A stretch of DNA of 64,000 bases from Eledone cirrhosa (GCA_964016885.1 OZ024743.1:89280001-89344000); one strand, 5' to 3'. Counted from the first letter of the stretch, positions 43,477-56,797 are shown. Notes: generated by a model not told the origin, from the letters alone. Numbers and translations are program-made.

Positions 43477-43478
<2 letters not shown>
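43289..43478 (-). mobile_element. Fold-back family F1, copy 2
   Basis: Reverse-oriented copy with the same tail and arms; TA tracts on both sides. Confidence 0.8.
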
Positions 43479-43542
<64 letters not shown>

Positions 43543-44557
43543 CAGACTGGCAGACACACATATATATTACAATATATTATACATGCACTAGACTATACAT
43601 ACGTATACAGATATTTGTCTCTGTAGAAAGCTTATTCAGAATCTTCCAAAAGTTCATCCAGAGTGCCTGCCATCTGAGCCGTCACAGTCTTATGTCAATG
43701 CCCACACTATTGAAACCCGTTTTGCAGTAGAAATCTTCGTTTGATAATTTTTTGGGCGAGAAGATGCGGCAGACTTTTGTCTTAAGCATCCAACTTGGAA
43801 AGAATTGATTTCATTCCTGGCACCTTTTACCACAGGCCAGTCTTTTGAGCGATACACTTGGACAAATTTTCCGTTGGTGTTATAGGGTTAATTCTTAGAC
43901 AAAGGACTATATTTTCTAGACTTTCAGACATGAGCAAAGGTCGAGAAACTAAGAAGCGTTGGAGCATCGGACAAAATGACCTACCGAGGTTATCTTTGCC
44001 TTCCATCCTTCTGTGGTCGATACAATGAATTACCAGTTAAGAAATGGAGTTGAATTAATCGATGAGCCCACTTCCCTCAAAACTCCTGACCTTGTGTCTA
44101 CATAATGCCTAGAAAATGAAAGTCTAGAAAATATAGTCCCTTGTCAAGATCTTAGAGACCCGTGTGACTCCGGAGTCATATAAGTGTCCAGATTCAAGTT
44201 GTAACCTTAATAACAATTGTTTAATAGACCAGACACCCAAGCCTCTCCGAAGTAAGATATGCATTTACAAGCTGGACAAGCCATATTTGATTGAAAATAA
44301 AAATAAATAACTGTACTCTAGGTATATGTGGACTCGTACATCCTGATGGAATCGTAGGGGTGTCGTAGTGATATACGTCGTCTCCTGAGCATTCCGAACT
44401 TTCCAGGTTTGAACACAGCCGATTACTCCAAGAGAGAAAGATGAGGAAGAATTAATCCTAGTATTGGATTATCACATTTTTTTATCGATACGTGTGTGTG
44501 TATACATAAATACATAAATACATACACATATGTATATATATGCATAGGTGCATAGGT

Positions 44558-44617
<60 letters not shown>

Positions 44618-44634
44618 TCTTTCTCTATATATAT

Positions 44635-44678
<44 letters not shown>

Positions 44679-44684
44679 TCTTTC

Positions 44685-44718
<34 letters not shown>

Positions 44719-44753
44719 TATATATATACAGAGAGAGTGGGAGAGAGAGAGAG

Positions 44754-44838
<85 letters not shown>

Positions 44839-44917
44839 ACACCGTGTAACATATTTTTTGTTCCCCGGTTCTAAGTGTCATTTCATGGTTTGTTATATCC
44901 CATTATTATAAAAAAAA

Positions 44918-45103
44918 GGGCGGTGGATTGGCAGTATCGGTAGAGAGTCGGACGCCATGCTTTCCAGCATAGTTACGTCCCTTTACGATCTGAGTTCAAA
45001 TCCCGCCGAGGTTGACTTTGCCTTTCATCCTTACGGGGTCGATAAAATAAAGTACCAGTAATGCACTGGGTAATTTGCTGGCCTTGTGCCTAAAGTAGAA
45101 ACA
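44918..45103 (+). mobile_element. Same SINE family, inserted in the Chapaev3-like transposon
   Basis: Nearly identical to 58046-58230; TSD attataaaaaaaa. Confidence 0.88.
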
Positions 45104-45321
45104 ATTATAAAAAAAACACTATTATTTAATCAGAAGTTTGGGTTTGTGGTCAAGAGTTTGATATTTTGAAATTTTCATATTTTTCAAGAAAAAAACACAT
45201 TAAAAAAAAATTTATCAGTTCATATAATTAAATCAACAGAGTATATATTTATTTTATTACACAAGCTTATCAAAAGCAAACAAGTAAAAACAAATAACAG
45301 TTATAAAGCAACTTATACACG

Positions 45322-46400
45322 TCAGAAATGACTGGATTTCCTGGATTTGCGGTTGTAGTCCAGGTCGCATTCTCGCACTAGTCCCCAGATATAGTCCCCC
45401 ATAACTTTTTCATTGTAGTGGCCCTGGTACCTCCGCTCTATCTCTTTCACAACTTGGTGGAATCGTTCGCCTTGTTCTTCTGAGTAGGCGCCCATATTAT
45501 CCTTGAAGTTTTCCAGGTGAGCGTCCAGCATATGGAGTTTAAGCGACATCCTGCATCCCATGGCGCCAAAAGTCTTTATCAGATCCTGCACCAGTTGCTG
45601 GTAGTTTTCAGCTCTGTAGTTGCCCAGGAAGCCCTTAACAACTGCCCCGAAACAGTTCCATGCTGTCCTCTCAATCCTATTGAGCTTATTGGAGAACTCG
45701 GTAGACTCAATCAACTTCTATATCTGAGGTCCAACAAAAATTCCACCTTTGATTTTGGCCTCAGATAACTTGGGGAAGAACTCAAGAAGGTACTTAAAAG
45801 CGGCTGATTCTTGGTTGAGAGCCTTCACAAACTGCTTCATCAACCCCAACTTAATGTGCAGTGGCGGCATGAGCACAATCCTGGGATCAACCAGTGGCTC
45901 CCACATGACGTTCCAACTACAAATTCTGTTCGCTGCTCCCAGTTCTTTCTTTTGTAGTGGTCAGAAGTGACTCTGCTGTCCCAAAGGCAGAGGAAGCATT
46001 GGAATTTGATAAAGCCTCCTTGGAGTCCAAGCAGGAAAGCCACCATCTTGAAGTCTCCAATGATTTCCCAATTGTACTGGTTGTATTGCAGAGCTTCCAA
46101 GAGGACTTTCACACTGCAGTAATCTTTCTTCAGGCAGACTGAATAAGCTAGGGGCAGTGTCGGGAACTTGTTTCCATTGTGGAGGAGGACAGCCTTCAAA
46201 CTTGTGGTGGAGCTGTCTATAAATAGCCGCCACTCCTTGGGCACAAACGGCACCCCAATAACGTCAAACAGTCCAGGCACGTCATGGCAGAAACAGAGGC
46301 CATCCCTAAGAGTGTAAAAGCCTGAGAAAGGTTCGTGTCGACTTCTCTGACTTGTCACCTGCACTTCCTCCTTGACCAAGTTCCACTGCTTCATCCTGGA
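45322..46400 (-). pseudogene. Transposase remnant (frameshift and stop, N-terminus missing)
   Basis: ORFs 45840-46394, 45718-45906 and 45322-45714 are consecutive parts of one DDE transposase. Confidence 0.88.
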
Positions 46401-47172
46401 GACGAATGCTTAAAACACAACTTACCCTTTATTCAGGGTGGGAAAATCCAGTATCAATAAATCTCTTTAATCCACTTTTTAACAATTTTATACTTTATTG
46501 CACTTTTCTAATTTTTTTAGGTATTACTCTTTATTTTATAATTTTAATTTAACCTGAAACATATATAAAAAAAATCTTTTAACATAAGCAAATTAAACTT
46601 ACATACAACGTAAAATCCAGCATACAATTAATTCTAGTGAATAGCTTAGAATTTTTGCAAACCCCAACTTTTAACTGTTTAATAGCACTTTTTTTTAATT
46701 TATTTGGGACCTAAGCAACACAAAAAAGTGATTACAAGCCAGGAACAGAGAAAAAAACTTTTTTTGTTACACGGTATAATTTGTAAATCTAGCGGGCCTC
46801 TGTCCAGCCTTCTAAGTCAAAGAAATATTAAATACAGTTTTCTAGAGCTGTAATATAATGGCATGAATACGGTTTAAACGAAACTATACGTGAAAATACA
46901 ACACGATATATATATATATATATATATATGTACATATGTATAGCATAGATGATTCAGTGAATTACTGGTGGTGTTATTAATATGAGCACTTGTTACACAG
47001 GCAGAGTGTATATATTAAGAAAAAAACGATGAACTTTCGTTTACAACTTTTTATTGAGTATCGACCTATCACGCACGTTTCGCAGATGATTGGCTCAAGG
47101 TGACCTATGGAAGCCATGGAACCGACTCCCGATCGTTAGACTGGTGAGTCAACAAACACTTTATTGAATCAT

Positions 47173-47257
47173 CTGTCTGACGAGCAGATCGTTGCTTGAG
47201 TCAGGTACGTAGCTTTCCTAGGTGACCTTGAGCCAATCTGTGTAACGCGTGTAACAG
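47173..47257 (+). ncRNA. Hammerhead motif with extended stem II, inside fold-back element 46945-47310
   Basis: CTGT-CTGACGA-GCAGAT..long hairpin..ATCTGT-GTAAC-gcgt-GTA-ACAG; the inverted copy (47065-47115, minus) retains ATCTGC-GAAAC. Confidence 0.62.
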
Positions 47258-47308
47258 GCCTATACTCAATAAAAGCATGTAAACCAAACTTCATCTTTTT
47301 TCCTTATT

Positions 47309-47389
<81 letters not shown>

Positions 47390-47891
47390 AGTTTCTTTGG
47401 CCGTAATGGTATAAAATTATACCCGCCGTCTCCAGCCAGTTTAGAGAACGTTACTGATTTTATCCCCGCTGCTATTTTACAAAGTGGAGCTAGGTTATAC
47501 ATGTAAGTACTCGTAACTCCAGATGGAGACATAGGATTACTGTACTGGCATCAAACATGCCCATGACACGCCGTATGCCACTACAGCGTCCCTAAGTCTC
47601 ATACAAGGATTACGGCTCCATACATCTTTAAATTAAACAAAAAAGAAGTAGTTTTTGTACATGTAACATTTTAATATGAAGAATGGCTCTTTTCTCCACG
47701 ACATTTGAACTATTGATTATACATATAAGGGGAGGAATTTTAATGAAAGGAGGGATCCAAACTGGGAAACAATATTGTACATTGTGTATACATCAAAATA
47801 TGTCTGACTAAACACTCTTGTAAAATGTTTTTATTTTGGTTTCTTCCTCTTCTCGTCTCTCTTTGTATTTTTTCTTCTATGTCTCATTCTA

Positions 47892-47927
47892 TCTTCTGAT
47901 AAAGGACTAACGTCCGAAACTTTAAGA
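47892..47927 (+). ncRNA. Degenerate minimal hammerhead motif
   Basis: TCTT-CTGATAA-a-GGAC-taac-GTCC-GAAAC-ttt-AAGA; one core substitution and a damaged stem III. Confidence 0.5.
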
Positions 47928-48585
47928 CTCTTTTCCTAATGTATCAGGTGTTAAACATATATATATCTTCACTGTACAGTATCGTTTACGTGCTGTTTTT
48001 CGCAGAAATGTCAATATACCCTACTATAAGGACGATCTCGAATTAACAGCCCACAAAAACTGCTGTTTCGAACTTAGTCTTGGGACCATACAATTATTGA
48101 GGTTCAAAAAGCTTGCTAATGTTAATACGACTGTGCTTAGGTGAAAGATTAGAAGAATACAATTCCAAATGAGGAGGAAATGAGGAAACCTAAGATTTAA
48201 CTCTTGCCCCTTGCTCTCTGAAGAAGGCAGCAGATCAGCAGATATTGTTCTTCTCTTACAGCCATTAGAAACATGATTCATATGTCTTGTATTTCCACGT
48301 ATTACTTTGTTTACACACATACACACACACACAACCCCCCCCCCCACACACACGCACATATATATATTGGGTTCCGATCTCGTGATCGTAGTAGCCGACA
48401 AGGGATAAAAAACTCAATGGTAAAAATAGAGTATTGTATAAATAGATTTATTAATTCCTTACACGACATCAGATGATGAAGATTTGCTGAAATCGTAGTC
48501 GTGTTGTAAGAATATATATATATATATATAAATATATGTATATATACCTATATATATAATATATATATACATATATATATATATA

Positions 48586-48642
48586 GTTCAGAAATAGCCG
48601 TCGAAACGGCTTGAGCTCTGCCGTCGGGGTTAAACATTTTCC
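48586..48642. mobile_element. Fold-back family F1, single-arm remnant
   Basis: cagaaatagccgtcgaaacggcttgagctctgccgtcgggg...ttttcc between TA tracts. Confidence 0.75.
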
Positions 48643-48688
<46 letters not shown>

Positions 48689-49310
48689 TGTATGTATGTA
48701 TATATGTTTGTATATACATATATAGCATTTTTGGTTTAACAGACGAGAGAAAGAGTACTCAATACAGATATGTTGCAGAGCATATTTATTTGTATGAAGC
48801 TGGTGATTCATTCACGCAAACGATTTTAAAAAAACGAAAAAAAAAACAAAAAAAAACCAGAAACAATGCACACTCGCATACAAAGACCCAAACATTCTTG
48901 CACACATGCACACATGCACACATGCATTCGTATTAAGTGAAATATAGATAGATAGATAGAAAAGGAGAGAAAGAGAGAAAGAAGAGAGAGAGAAATAAAG
49001 AAAGAGTGGGAGAGAGAGAAATATATAGAGAGAAAGAAAGAAGAGAAAGAGAGAGAGAAAAAAGAGGGAGGAAGAGAGAGAGAGAGAGAAAGAGTGAGAG
49101 AGAGAGAGTCGGATGCAATGTTTTAATTGGTTTATTGTCGTCTTTCTGACAAATATTATTAGAAAGGACGATACTGTTGTCCCTCCATGTTCAATAAACT
49201 AGACAACTTTCTACGATAAACACACACTCCAGCAGTTCGATCACTTAAAATTCACAAGAATATAGAATGTATTCAACAAATCTCTGCTATAGTATTCTAC
49301 ATTGTTATTA

Positions 49311-49353
<43 letters not shown>

Positions 49354-50529
49354 CATCTTAAATAAATGCTTTTTTTTTTTCTTTCATAGTTTCTCTTTTC
49401 TCAGTAGTCATATTTTAGGGGTATCCCAGCCGGTGGTTTGGCAGAATTGTTACAGTGTCGGGACAAATAATTATCAGTAATTCTTATGGCAATTTACTTT
49501 CTGAGTTCAAATCCCGAACTTTTTTTCTGAAGTCGATAAAATAGAACATAAGATTGTCGGCCTGGGCCAAAATTATAAACGATATTTTGGGCCTGCTCTT
49601 GTGTAGGATAGTCTCTTGGCTCAATAACCAACATTTGGACATTGTTTGAACGTCTTTTTTAACCACTGTTTTAATCACTTTTTTTAAAATATCTTCTTCA
49701 GAGGAAAGACATTTCTAGTTCTTTCTCTGGTCTGTGAGAGAGAGAAAAAGAAAGGGGCTGGGAGGGAGAGAACAACGAACAGATTAAGAGAGAGAGGGTT
49801 AAGGAAAATAGATAGAGGCAGAGAGAAATAGCGGAAACAGAGAAAAGGCGTGGTGGGACAAGAATAGATGAGAAAGTGGGAGACAGAGGAAAGAGGGATA
49901 AAAAGGCCAGGAGTTTATCAAGTATATATATATATATATATATATATACACTTTGTTTAGATCAAATATTTTTTTTATGTCTTAAAGTGATATGTGATAT
50001 CACATTGATAAATCCTTTCTCAAAAACTTTTTTTTATTATTCACATTTCTGACACAGTATTCGTTCCAGACCCAGGGTGAATAGAACATTTAAACAGACA
50101 TTACACAGTTTTGTTTCCCATATATTATGGTCAGTACATATTTCATGGGTCCACATTTCTCCCTTAAAAACAAAATTGTTGATACCATGAAATAATCTAA
50201 GATGGTGGACAACTTATTTTCTCAAAATGTCCGCACAATTTGCGACGTTATATATACAATATTCCTGAAGAAGAGGTGGAGAGATAGGTAAATGTGTGTA
50301 TGTGTATGTGTGACGTGGTAAAATCTATGTGTGTGGTTTCTCTGTGTGAGAAAGCTATTAGACGTAACATTTCTTATTAATAAAATGGTTTCTCTTTGAT
50401 AATACTTGGTGCATTATATATATATTTCATTTCACTTGACAGTGACATTATTGGTAACTTCCACATCAACCCGTACAGCTTCCAACAATATATCGCTAAG
50501 ATCCTTACATCGGTATATTACAGCAGTGA

Positions 50530-50564
<35 letters not shown>

Positions 50565-50570
50565 TGTGAG

Positions 50571-50601
<31 letters not shown>

Positions 50602-50705
50602 TTATATTATATCATATATATATTATACATGTATATATATATATATATATTATATTATACATGTGATGTATATATATATGTATATTATATATATATGTGT
50701 GTGTC

Positions 50706-50795
<90 letters not shown>

Positions 50796-51033
50796 ACGTC
50801 ATTTTCCTCCACCTTCGCTTCATTTGTTTTATATTTGCTTCGGTTCAAATGCGTTTCATATTCACAGTTTGTGCTGATGTTTACAACTCCGCCATTGCTT
50901 ATAAGTCTTTTACTTTCGTCATTTTTGGCTATTGTTGTATTTAGTCTCTGTATAACTATTGTCTCCTGTTATAGCAGCTGTGTTAATTGTACCAGCTTCA
51001 GTGGTAATTATAGTTACAGACAGACATGCATGC

Positions 51034-51074
<41 letters not shown>

Positions 51075-51268
51075 TATATATGCATATGTATATGTATATA
51101 TATATATGCATATGTATATATATATATATATGTATTTATATGCATGTATATATATATATATATATGTATTTATATGCATATATATATATATATGTGTATA
51201 TATATATGCATATATATATATATATGTGTATATATATATGCATATATATATATATATATATATATATA

Positions 51269-51449
51269 GGAACAAGTAAGACCCCGACGGCTGAGCTCAA
51301 GCCGTTTCGACGGGTCCAGAATTAGCCGTCGAAACGGTTTGAGCTCAGCCGTCGGGGTCTTACTTGTTCCTATTACCCACTCTACTACCCTAAGTATTGA
51401 GTACTTTGGTGCGTTATGGTCCACCTGGTTCCTTACCACATTTCCTTCG

Positions 51450-51451
<2 letters not shown>
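51269..51451 (+). mobile_element. Fold-back family F1, copy 4
   Basis: Same arms and tail; TA tracts on both sides. Confidence 0.82.
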
Positions 51452-51504
<53 letters not shown>

Positions 51505-51944
51505 TATGTATATATATATATATACATATAAATACATACATGTATATATATTATATAATTAAATATATATATATATATGTATTATAAAATTATGTGTGTG
51601 TGTGAGTGCGCAACCAACAGGAGGGTATTCACTGTGCTTTCAGTAATGAGGATGGGAGATAGGGGTCTGATGGTGTGGCACTATGCAGGGAGCAATGACA
51701 ACTAGAAAGTTGTTGCTGAGGGGGAGGGGGGCGAGAAGGTGGTGGCTAACGGACGTAGCAGCTCAGAGGAGAAAGGTTATAATGAGGGCATAAAGACCTT
51801 CTACTTATGTGTGCAGTATTGTACAGTTAATATGGGAGTGGGTAGGTGGGCGAGCACCATCGGTCAGTGAATATGGATGTGTGGGTGAGTGAGACTATAT
51901 ATATATATATATACGTATGGGCATGTATATACATATGTATAAAT

Positions 51945-51982
<38 letters not shown>

Positions 51983-52045
51983 CTTTTACGCCTTTACCTG
52001 TTCCAGCCATCCGGCTTAGGCCATGCTAGGGCATACATATATATA

Positions 52046-52230
<185 letters not shown>

Positions 52231-52233
52231 GTA

Positions 52234-52262
<29 letters not shown>

Positions 52263-52265
<3 letters not shown>

Positions 52266-52580
52266 AGGAAAAAAGATGAAATCGAAAATGCAACTGGAGT
52301 CTTTTTTAAAAAATATATATATTTATTTGGTTCCTTTATCGGTTTCGCAGTTCTTCTGCTTTTCAAAAGTAGAGTTGAGATGGAGGGGTTAACCACAAAC
52401 TATTCTACTTTTGAAAAGCAGAAGAACTGCCAAACCGATAAAGGAACCAAATAAATATATATATATTTTTTAAAAAAGACTCCAGTTGCATTTTCGATTT
52501 CATCTTTTTTCCTTATACTTTCACTTGTGTAGGACACCTCGTTTTTTTTTTCATTTTGTAAAAAAACCTCACTTTCTAAT
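52263..52580 (+). mobile_element. Fold-back element with ~110-bp arms and a degenerate hammerhead-like motif
   Basis: 52263-52375 is the inverse of 52403-52517; motif TTGAAAA-GCAG-aagaa-CTGC-GAAAC-cg-ATA-AAGG; related motif at 4536-4572 (minus). Confidence 0.65.
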
Positions 52581-53078
52581 ATATATATGTATATATATGT
52601 ATATATATGCATGCACATACATATGTATATAAAACTGTCTACTAAGCGGCTGAAATACACGATAAGTACATATCTATACATATACAAGATTAATCGTGGC
52701 TGCGTGAATGTATATAAATATATACACATAAATATATACACATTGAGTAAATAGACATGTGAACATGTATAATTTACATGATTGCTCTTAGATCGAAAAA
52801 TGATGAACACCCTTAATCGATTTTCGAACCTTGATGGGATCCTATCAGATGTATTCTACATCATTAATCAGCCACTGAGAAATACGCAGCTAATAAACAT
52901 CCTTATAAAATCTACCAAATGTAGGATCAACAATGAAATGGAGGTACTAATTTGCATATTATTAGTGCCTATGTTGGTAGCTAATTTCAGTATATATTAA
53001 CTTATGTAATAAATGGGCGAATATACGATAAATACATACCTGTACATATACTGTACAAGACTAACCGAGGCTGCACGA

Positions 53079-53124
<46 letters not shown>

Positions 53125-53285
53125 TTATGAATTGTTGATGTTAAAACGTCCATAGTAGTGCGGAAATGATCGGAGTTAGCAATATTTCCTTACAAAACCG
53201 TAGACAGGGACAACTCATTAACGAAACATATGTAAAATTAAATAATATTTTTTCTAAACACGCCCTGTATGTTTCCCTAACACAT

Positions 53286-53340
<55 letters not shown>

Positions 53341-53470
53341 TATATAGGACATGTAGGCATACCAAATTTAGGTATTTCATTGGAGATTTTTAAAATGATA
53401 AACATCTGTAATCGATTTTCGAAACTTTATTGATCATTTTTTCAATACATAAATTTAACGTGTTTGTATG

Positions 53471-53526
<56 letters not shown>

Positions 53527-53659
53527 AAAGTGTATATATTTATATAGATACGCAGTCTCGGTTAATCTTGTACTGTTTATTTACAGACATATATTTATCA
53601 CACACACATATATATATATACCTATATATATATATATGCATATATATATATATATATAT

Positions 53660-53851
53660 AATAGGAAAATATTTGACCCCGACGGCAGAGCTCAAGCCGT
53701 TTCGACGGCAATTTCAATCCAGAAATAGCCGTCGAAACGGCTTGAGCTCTGCCGTCGGGGTCAAATATTTTCCTATTATCCACTCTACTAACCTAAGTAT
53801 TGAGTACTCTGTGCGTTATGGTCCATCTGGTTCCTTACCACACCACCTTCG

Positions 53852-53853
<2 letters not shown>
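53660..53853 (+). mobile_element. Fold-back family F1, copy 5
   Basis: Perfect ~50-bp arms plus the same tail; TA tracts on both sides. Confidence 0.82.
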
Positions 53854-53898
<45 letters not shown>

Positions 53899-53959
53899 CA
53901 CACATATTATTATTGTGGTCGTTTGTGTTGAGACACACACTTTTTCCCGATGCTTCTTA

Positions 53960-54520
53960 CGTCAGCCGCTGTTTACACTTCTAGCTACACACTTAAAATC
54001 TTCTATATAGACGGAATTAGTGGCCAGCGGCTCTTTTGCGACGCGATTAACGCATTCACCTGGCATCTGAGATATGCAAAGTTAGTTTCCTTGCAGGTAC
54101 ATTTGACCACATATTTTCCTATTCCCAGGAATGCTTTACCCGATTTTCTGAACTATAATTAATAGTGACCGACTATTATCATTATGGCCATTTTCGTTGG
54201 GACGTACCCATTTTAAATTTCAAATTTTCCCAAAGCTTCTGAAGTCATCCGTTGTTTACACTTCTAGCTATAGGCTTAAAATCTTCTAGAAAGACGGAAT
54301 TAATGACCAGCGGCTTTTTAACGTCCTGGTTACCGAAATCGCTCGGCATTCGAGTGATGCGGTGATCGACTCGCAACAGGCGCCTCTGTCCACGCTTTTC
54401 CGTCTCCAGCGGTACATAATCCAATTTTTCTCAACTATTATTTATAGTGATCGGCTATGTTATTATTCTTAATATTATTATTATGGCAACTTGTGTTGGG
54501 GCGCACACATTTCAAATATA
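53960..54520. repeat. Diverged tandem duplication, ~283-bp unit x2
   Basis: tgtttacacttctagcta...cttaaaatcttcta...gacggaatta at ~53970 and ~54253. Confidence 0.7.
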
Positions 54521-54672
54521 TATATACATATACATATTTACAAGTCTATATATATGTTGGTATTGTTGTATTGTGTGTAACTATTATTATTTCCTGCTAT
54601 AACAGTAACAGTTGAATTAGCAGTGGCAGCTCTCTCTCTAATGACAATTTCTAATGTTAGATGAAATCGCTG

Positions 54673-54820
54673 TTAAAATAGTTTCCCTCGGAGACGTTGT
54701 CGATTTCGGCGTCGGTTTTTCCGCTGGTTTCCTAATTGTAAAAGCGGACAAAAACCCGTGTTCAGATCAAAATAGCCATATCTACAATTTGGTCGTTGGC
54801 ATTTCCGTCCTTTGATGCAT
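54673..54820 (-). CDS. PDGF/VEGF-family growth factor, last coding exon
   Basis: T-tract plus caacag acceptor, phase matches; (V)CIKGRKCQRPNCRYGYFDLNTGFCPLLQLGNQRKNRRRNRQRLRGKLF*. Confidence 0.82.
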
Positions 54821-55160
54821 CTGTTGATGAAAAAAAAACAAACAACAAATAAATAAAACAAAAACATCATCACCATCATCATAAAAATCATCACCATCAT
54901 CATCATCTCTTATTTTTATTACGTGCTGTAATTTAATGTGTCTGTTAGTGTATTCCATTTTAAAATCATTTCCTTCATTTGTGTCTATTGTACAAATTAT
55001 TCGTTGATAGCTAAATATTTGTATGTGTATGTTAGATCTAATTTTCATATACCAGTTTCTTTAGTTAGCATGGTATTAACTAATTGCTTTGGTGCAGTTT
55101 TCTTATCCAAACTTTGGTTGTGTATCGGTCTGTTCAGCAATGATTATTAAAGGAATTAAA

Positions 55161-55347
55161 GGGCGGTGGATTGGCAGTATCGGTAGAGGGTCGGACGCCA
55201 TGCTTTGCAGCAAAGAGTTATGGCCCTTTATGATCTGAGTTCAAATCCCGCCGAGGTTAACTTTGCGTTTCATCCTTACGGGGTCGATAAAATATAGTTC
55301 CAGTAATGCACTGGATAATTGCTGGCCTTGTGCCAAAAGTAGAAATA
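55161..55347 (+). mobile_element. Same SINE family
   Basis: Full head and core; TSD attattaaaggaatt. Confidence 0.85.
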
Positions 55348-55359
55348 ATTATTAAAGGA

Positions 55360-55560
55360 ATTGTTTGGTGTTTTGTACCATTTCTACTGTTATATATTCT
55401 ATTGTTATATATTCTGTTTATTTCTCCTTCTCTTTACTGAATGTAAACCCCACTTCTACTGTCTCCAAACACCACGCACCCTTGTAGCCAATAAAATACA
55501 TCATCATCATTATCATCATCATCATCATCATCATTATCATCACCATTAACATCATTATTA
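55360..55560 (+). mobile_element. Short 3' end of a Tx1-family element
   Basis: tgtaaaccccact...cccttgtagccaataaa plus an (ATC/ATT)n tail resembles the terminus of copy A. Confidence 0.5.
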
Positions 55561-55585
55561 CTGCTGCTGCGGCTGTTGTTGTTTC

Positions 55586-56010
55586 AGTGGATTGACAGAA
55601 ACGTTAGAACGTCAGAAGAAACGCCTTGAAGTATTAATTGCGGCTTTTTTATATTCTGAGTTCAAATCCCACAAAGGTCAACTTTGCCTTTCAGCATTCT
55701 GAAGTCGATAAAATAAAGTATAAGATCGATATAATCGACTTTTCCCCTCCTCACAAATTGTTGGCCTTGTCCCTAAATCAGAAACCATTATTATTATTAA
55801 GGGTGGTGGATTAACAGAATCGGTAGAGCGTCGGGCAACATATTTAGACGCATTGAGTTACGTCCCTTTACGTTCTGAGTTTAAATCTCGCCGAGGTTCA
55901 TCCTTACAGGCTCGATAGAATGAAGTACCAGTAACACACTAGGGTCGATTCAATCAACTTCCCCTTCTCCCAAACATTGTTGGCCTTGTGCCTGAATCAG
56001 AAACCAATAT
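55586..56010 (+). mobile_element. Two tandem older SINE copies
   Basis: Two degenerate head+core units, 55586-55790 and 55800-56010. Further old copies lie at 1-80, 760-870, 10280-10440, 15235-15420, 15755-15900, 43955-44100 and 49435-49580. Confidence 0.7.
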
Positions 56011-56137
56011 TTATATTATGAAATGATATGATGTTAGCTGACAATTGAAAGAGTCACAGTTTCGGCTGGCAGTCAGGAATCTATCTCCTGGTTTCTGTCT
56101 GAAAATAGAATGAATTCAAGAAGATAAGCATACTTAC

Positions 56138-56272
56138 ACCAAAGAATGTTCATTTAATGGTTTCATACCGTCTTTAATTAGCAAACAACCTCGCTGGCCG
56201 TTACGACAGTCACAGACACATTCCAAACCATTTCGAATTTTCTGGAACGGATGCGGACATTCTTTCCGACAC
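56138..56272 (-). CDS. PDGF/VEGF-family growth factor, Cys-rich exon
   Basis: accag acceptor and GTAAGT donor, phase 2-2 matching neighbours; (G)CRKECPHPFQKIRNGLECVCDCRNGQRGCLLIKDGMKPLNEHSL with a CxCxC motif. Not in the ORF track. Confidence 0.85.
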
Positions 56273-56679
56273 CTGGTATTTAGAAATAAAATATATATAT
56301 ATATATGTGTGTGTACGTAAGTATATGTATATATGTATGTGTATATATAGAAAGAAAGACAGAGAGAGAGAGAGAGAAAGGGAGTGAGAGAGAGAAAGAG
56401 AAAAAAGAGAGAACGAGAGAGAGAGCGTAGTTAGCGTATTTTTACGTATGTTAGACTAACAGTTTGATAGGTAAGTTGATGGTAACATTTAATACACGAA
56501 GCAATAAAAAGCTAACAAGAAACATATGTGATACGAGAGATAGAAAGACACGAATACTACTTTATAATGCTACTCCACCGCAGCATCAGTAGTATAGGGT
56601 CTGGGTTAGGATGAGGATTAGAGTTAGGGTTAGGGTTAGTATTACTGCTAAGCTTAGGGCCACGATTAGGGTTAGTTTT

Positions 56680-56797
56680 TGTAGCTTGGTTGGTCTCGCT
56701 TGGGGATCCAGTCGGATTAGTTGGAGACGGTTGCTTCTGTCAGAAGAAGAAGAAGAAGAAGAAGAAGAAGAAGAAGAAGAAGAAGAAGAAGAAGAAG
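56680..56797 (+). mobile_element. Short 3' fragment of the same RTE family
   Basis: ggatccagtcggattagttggagacggttgcttctg followed by (GAA)n. Confidence 0.65.

Larger units (their letters stand above)
44840..46776 (-). mobile_element. Chapaev3-like (CMC superfamily) DNA transposon, internally deleted
   Basis: TIR CACCGTGTAACA / TGTTACACGGTA, TAA 3-bp TSD on both sides; transposase pieces with LFIDSS..SLKAVLLHNGN, PPLHIKLGLMKQFVKAL and SEEQGERFHQ. The superfamily assignment comes from recalled motifs and TSD type. Confidence 0.8.

Noticed and set aside
43620-43880. Possible exon-like unique sequence (also 56885-57120 and 62640-62980)
   Set aside because: Interrupted by stops, with only a faint resemblance to decayed retroelement or transposon coding sequence; cannot be assigned without a search.
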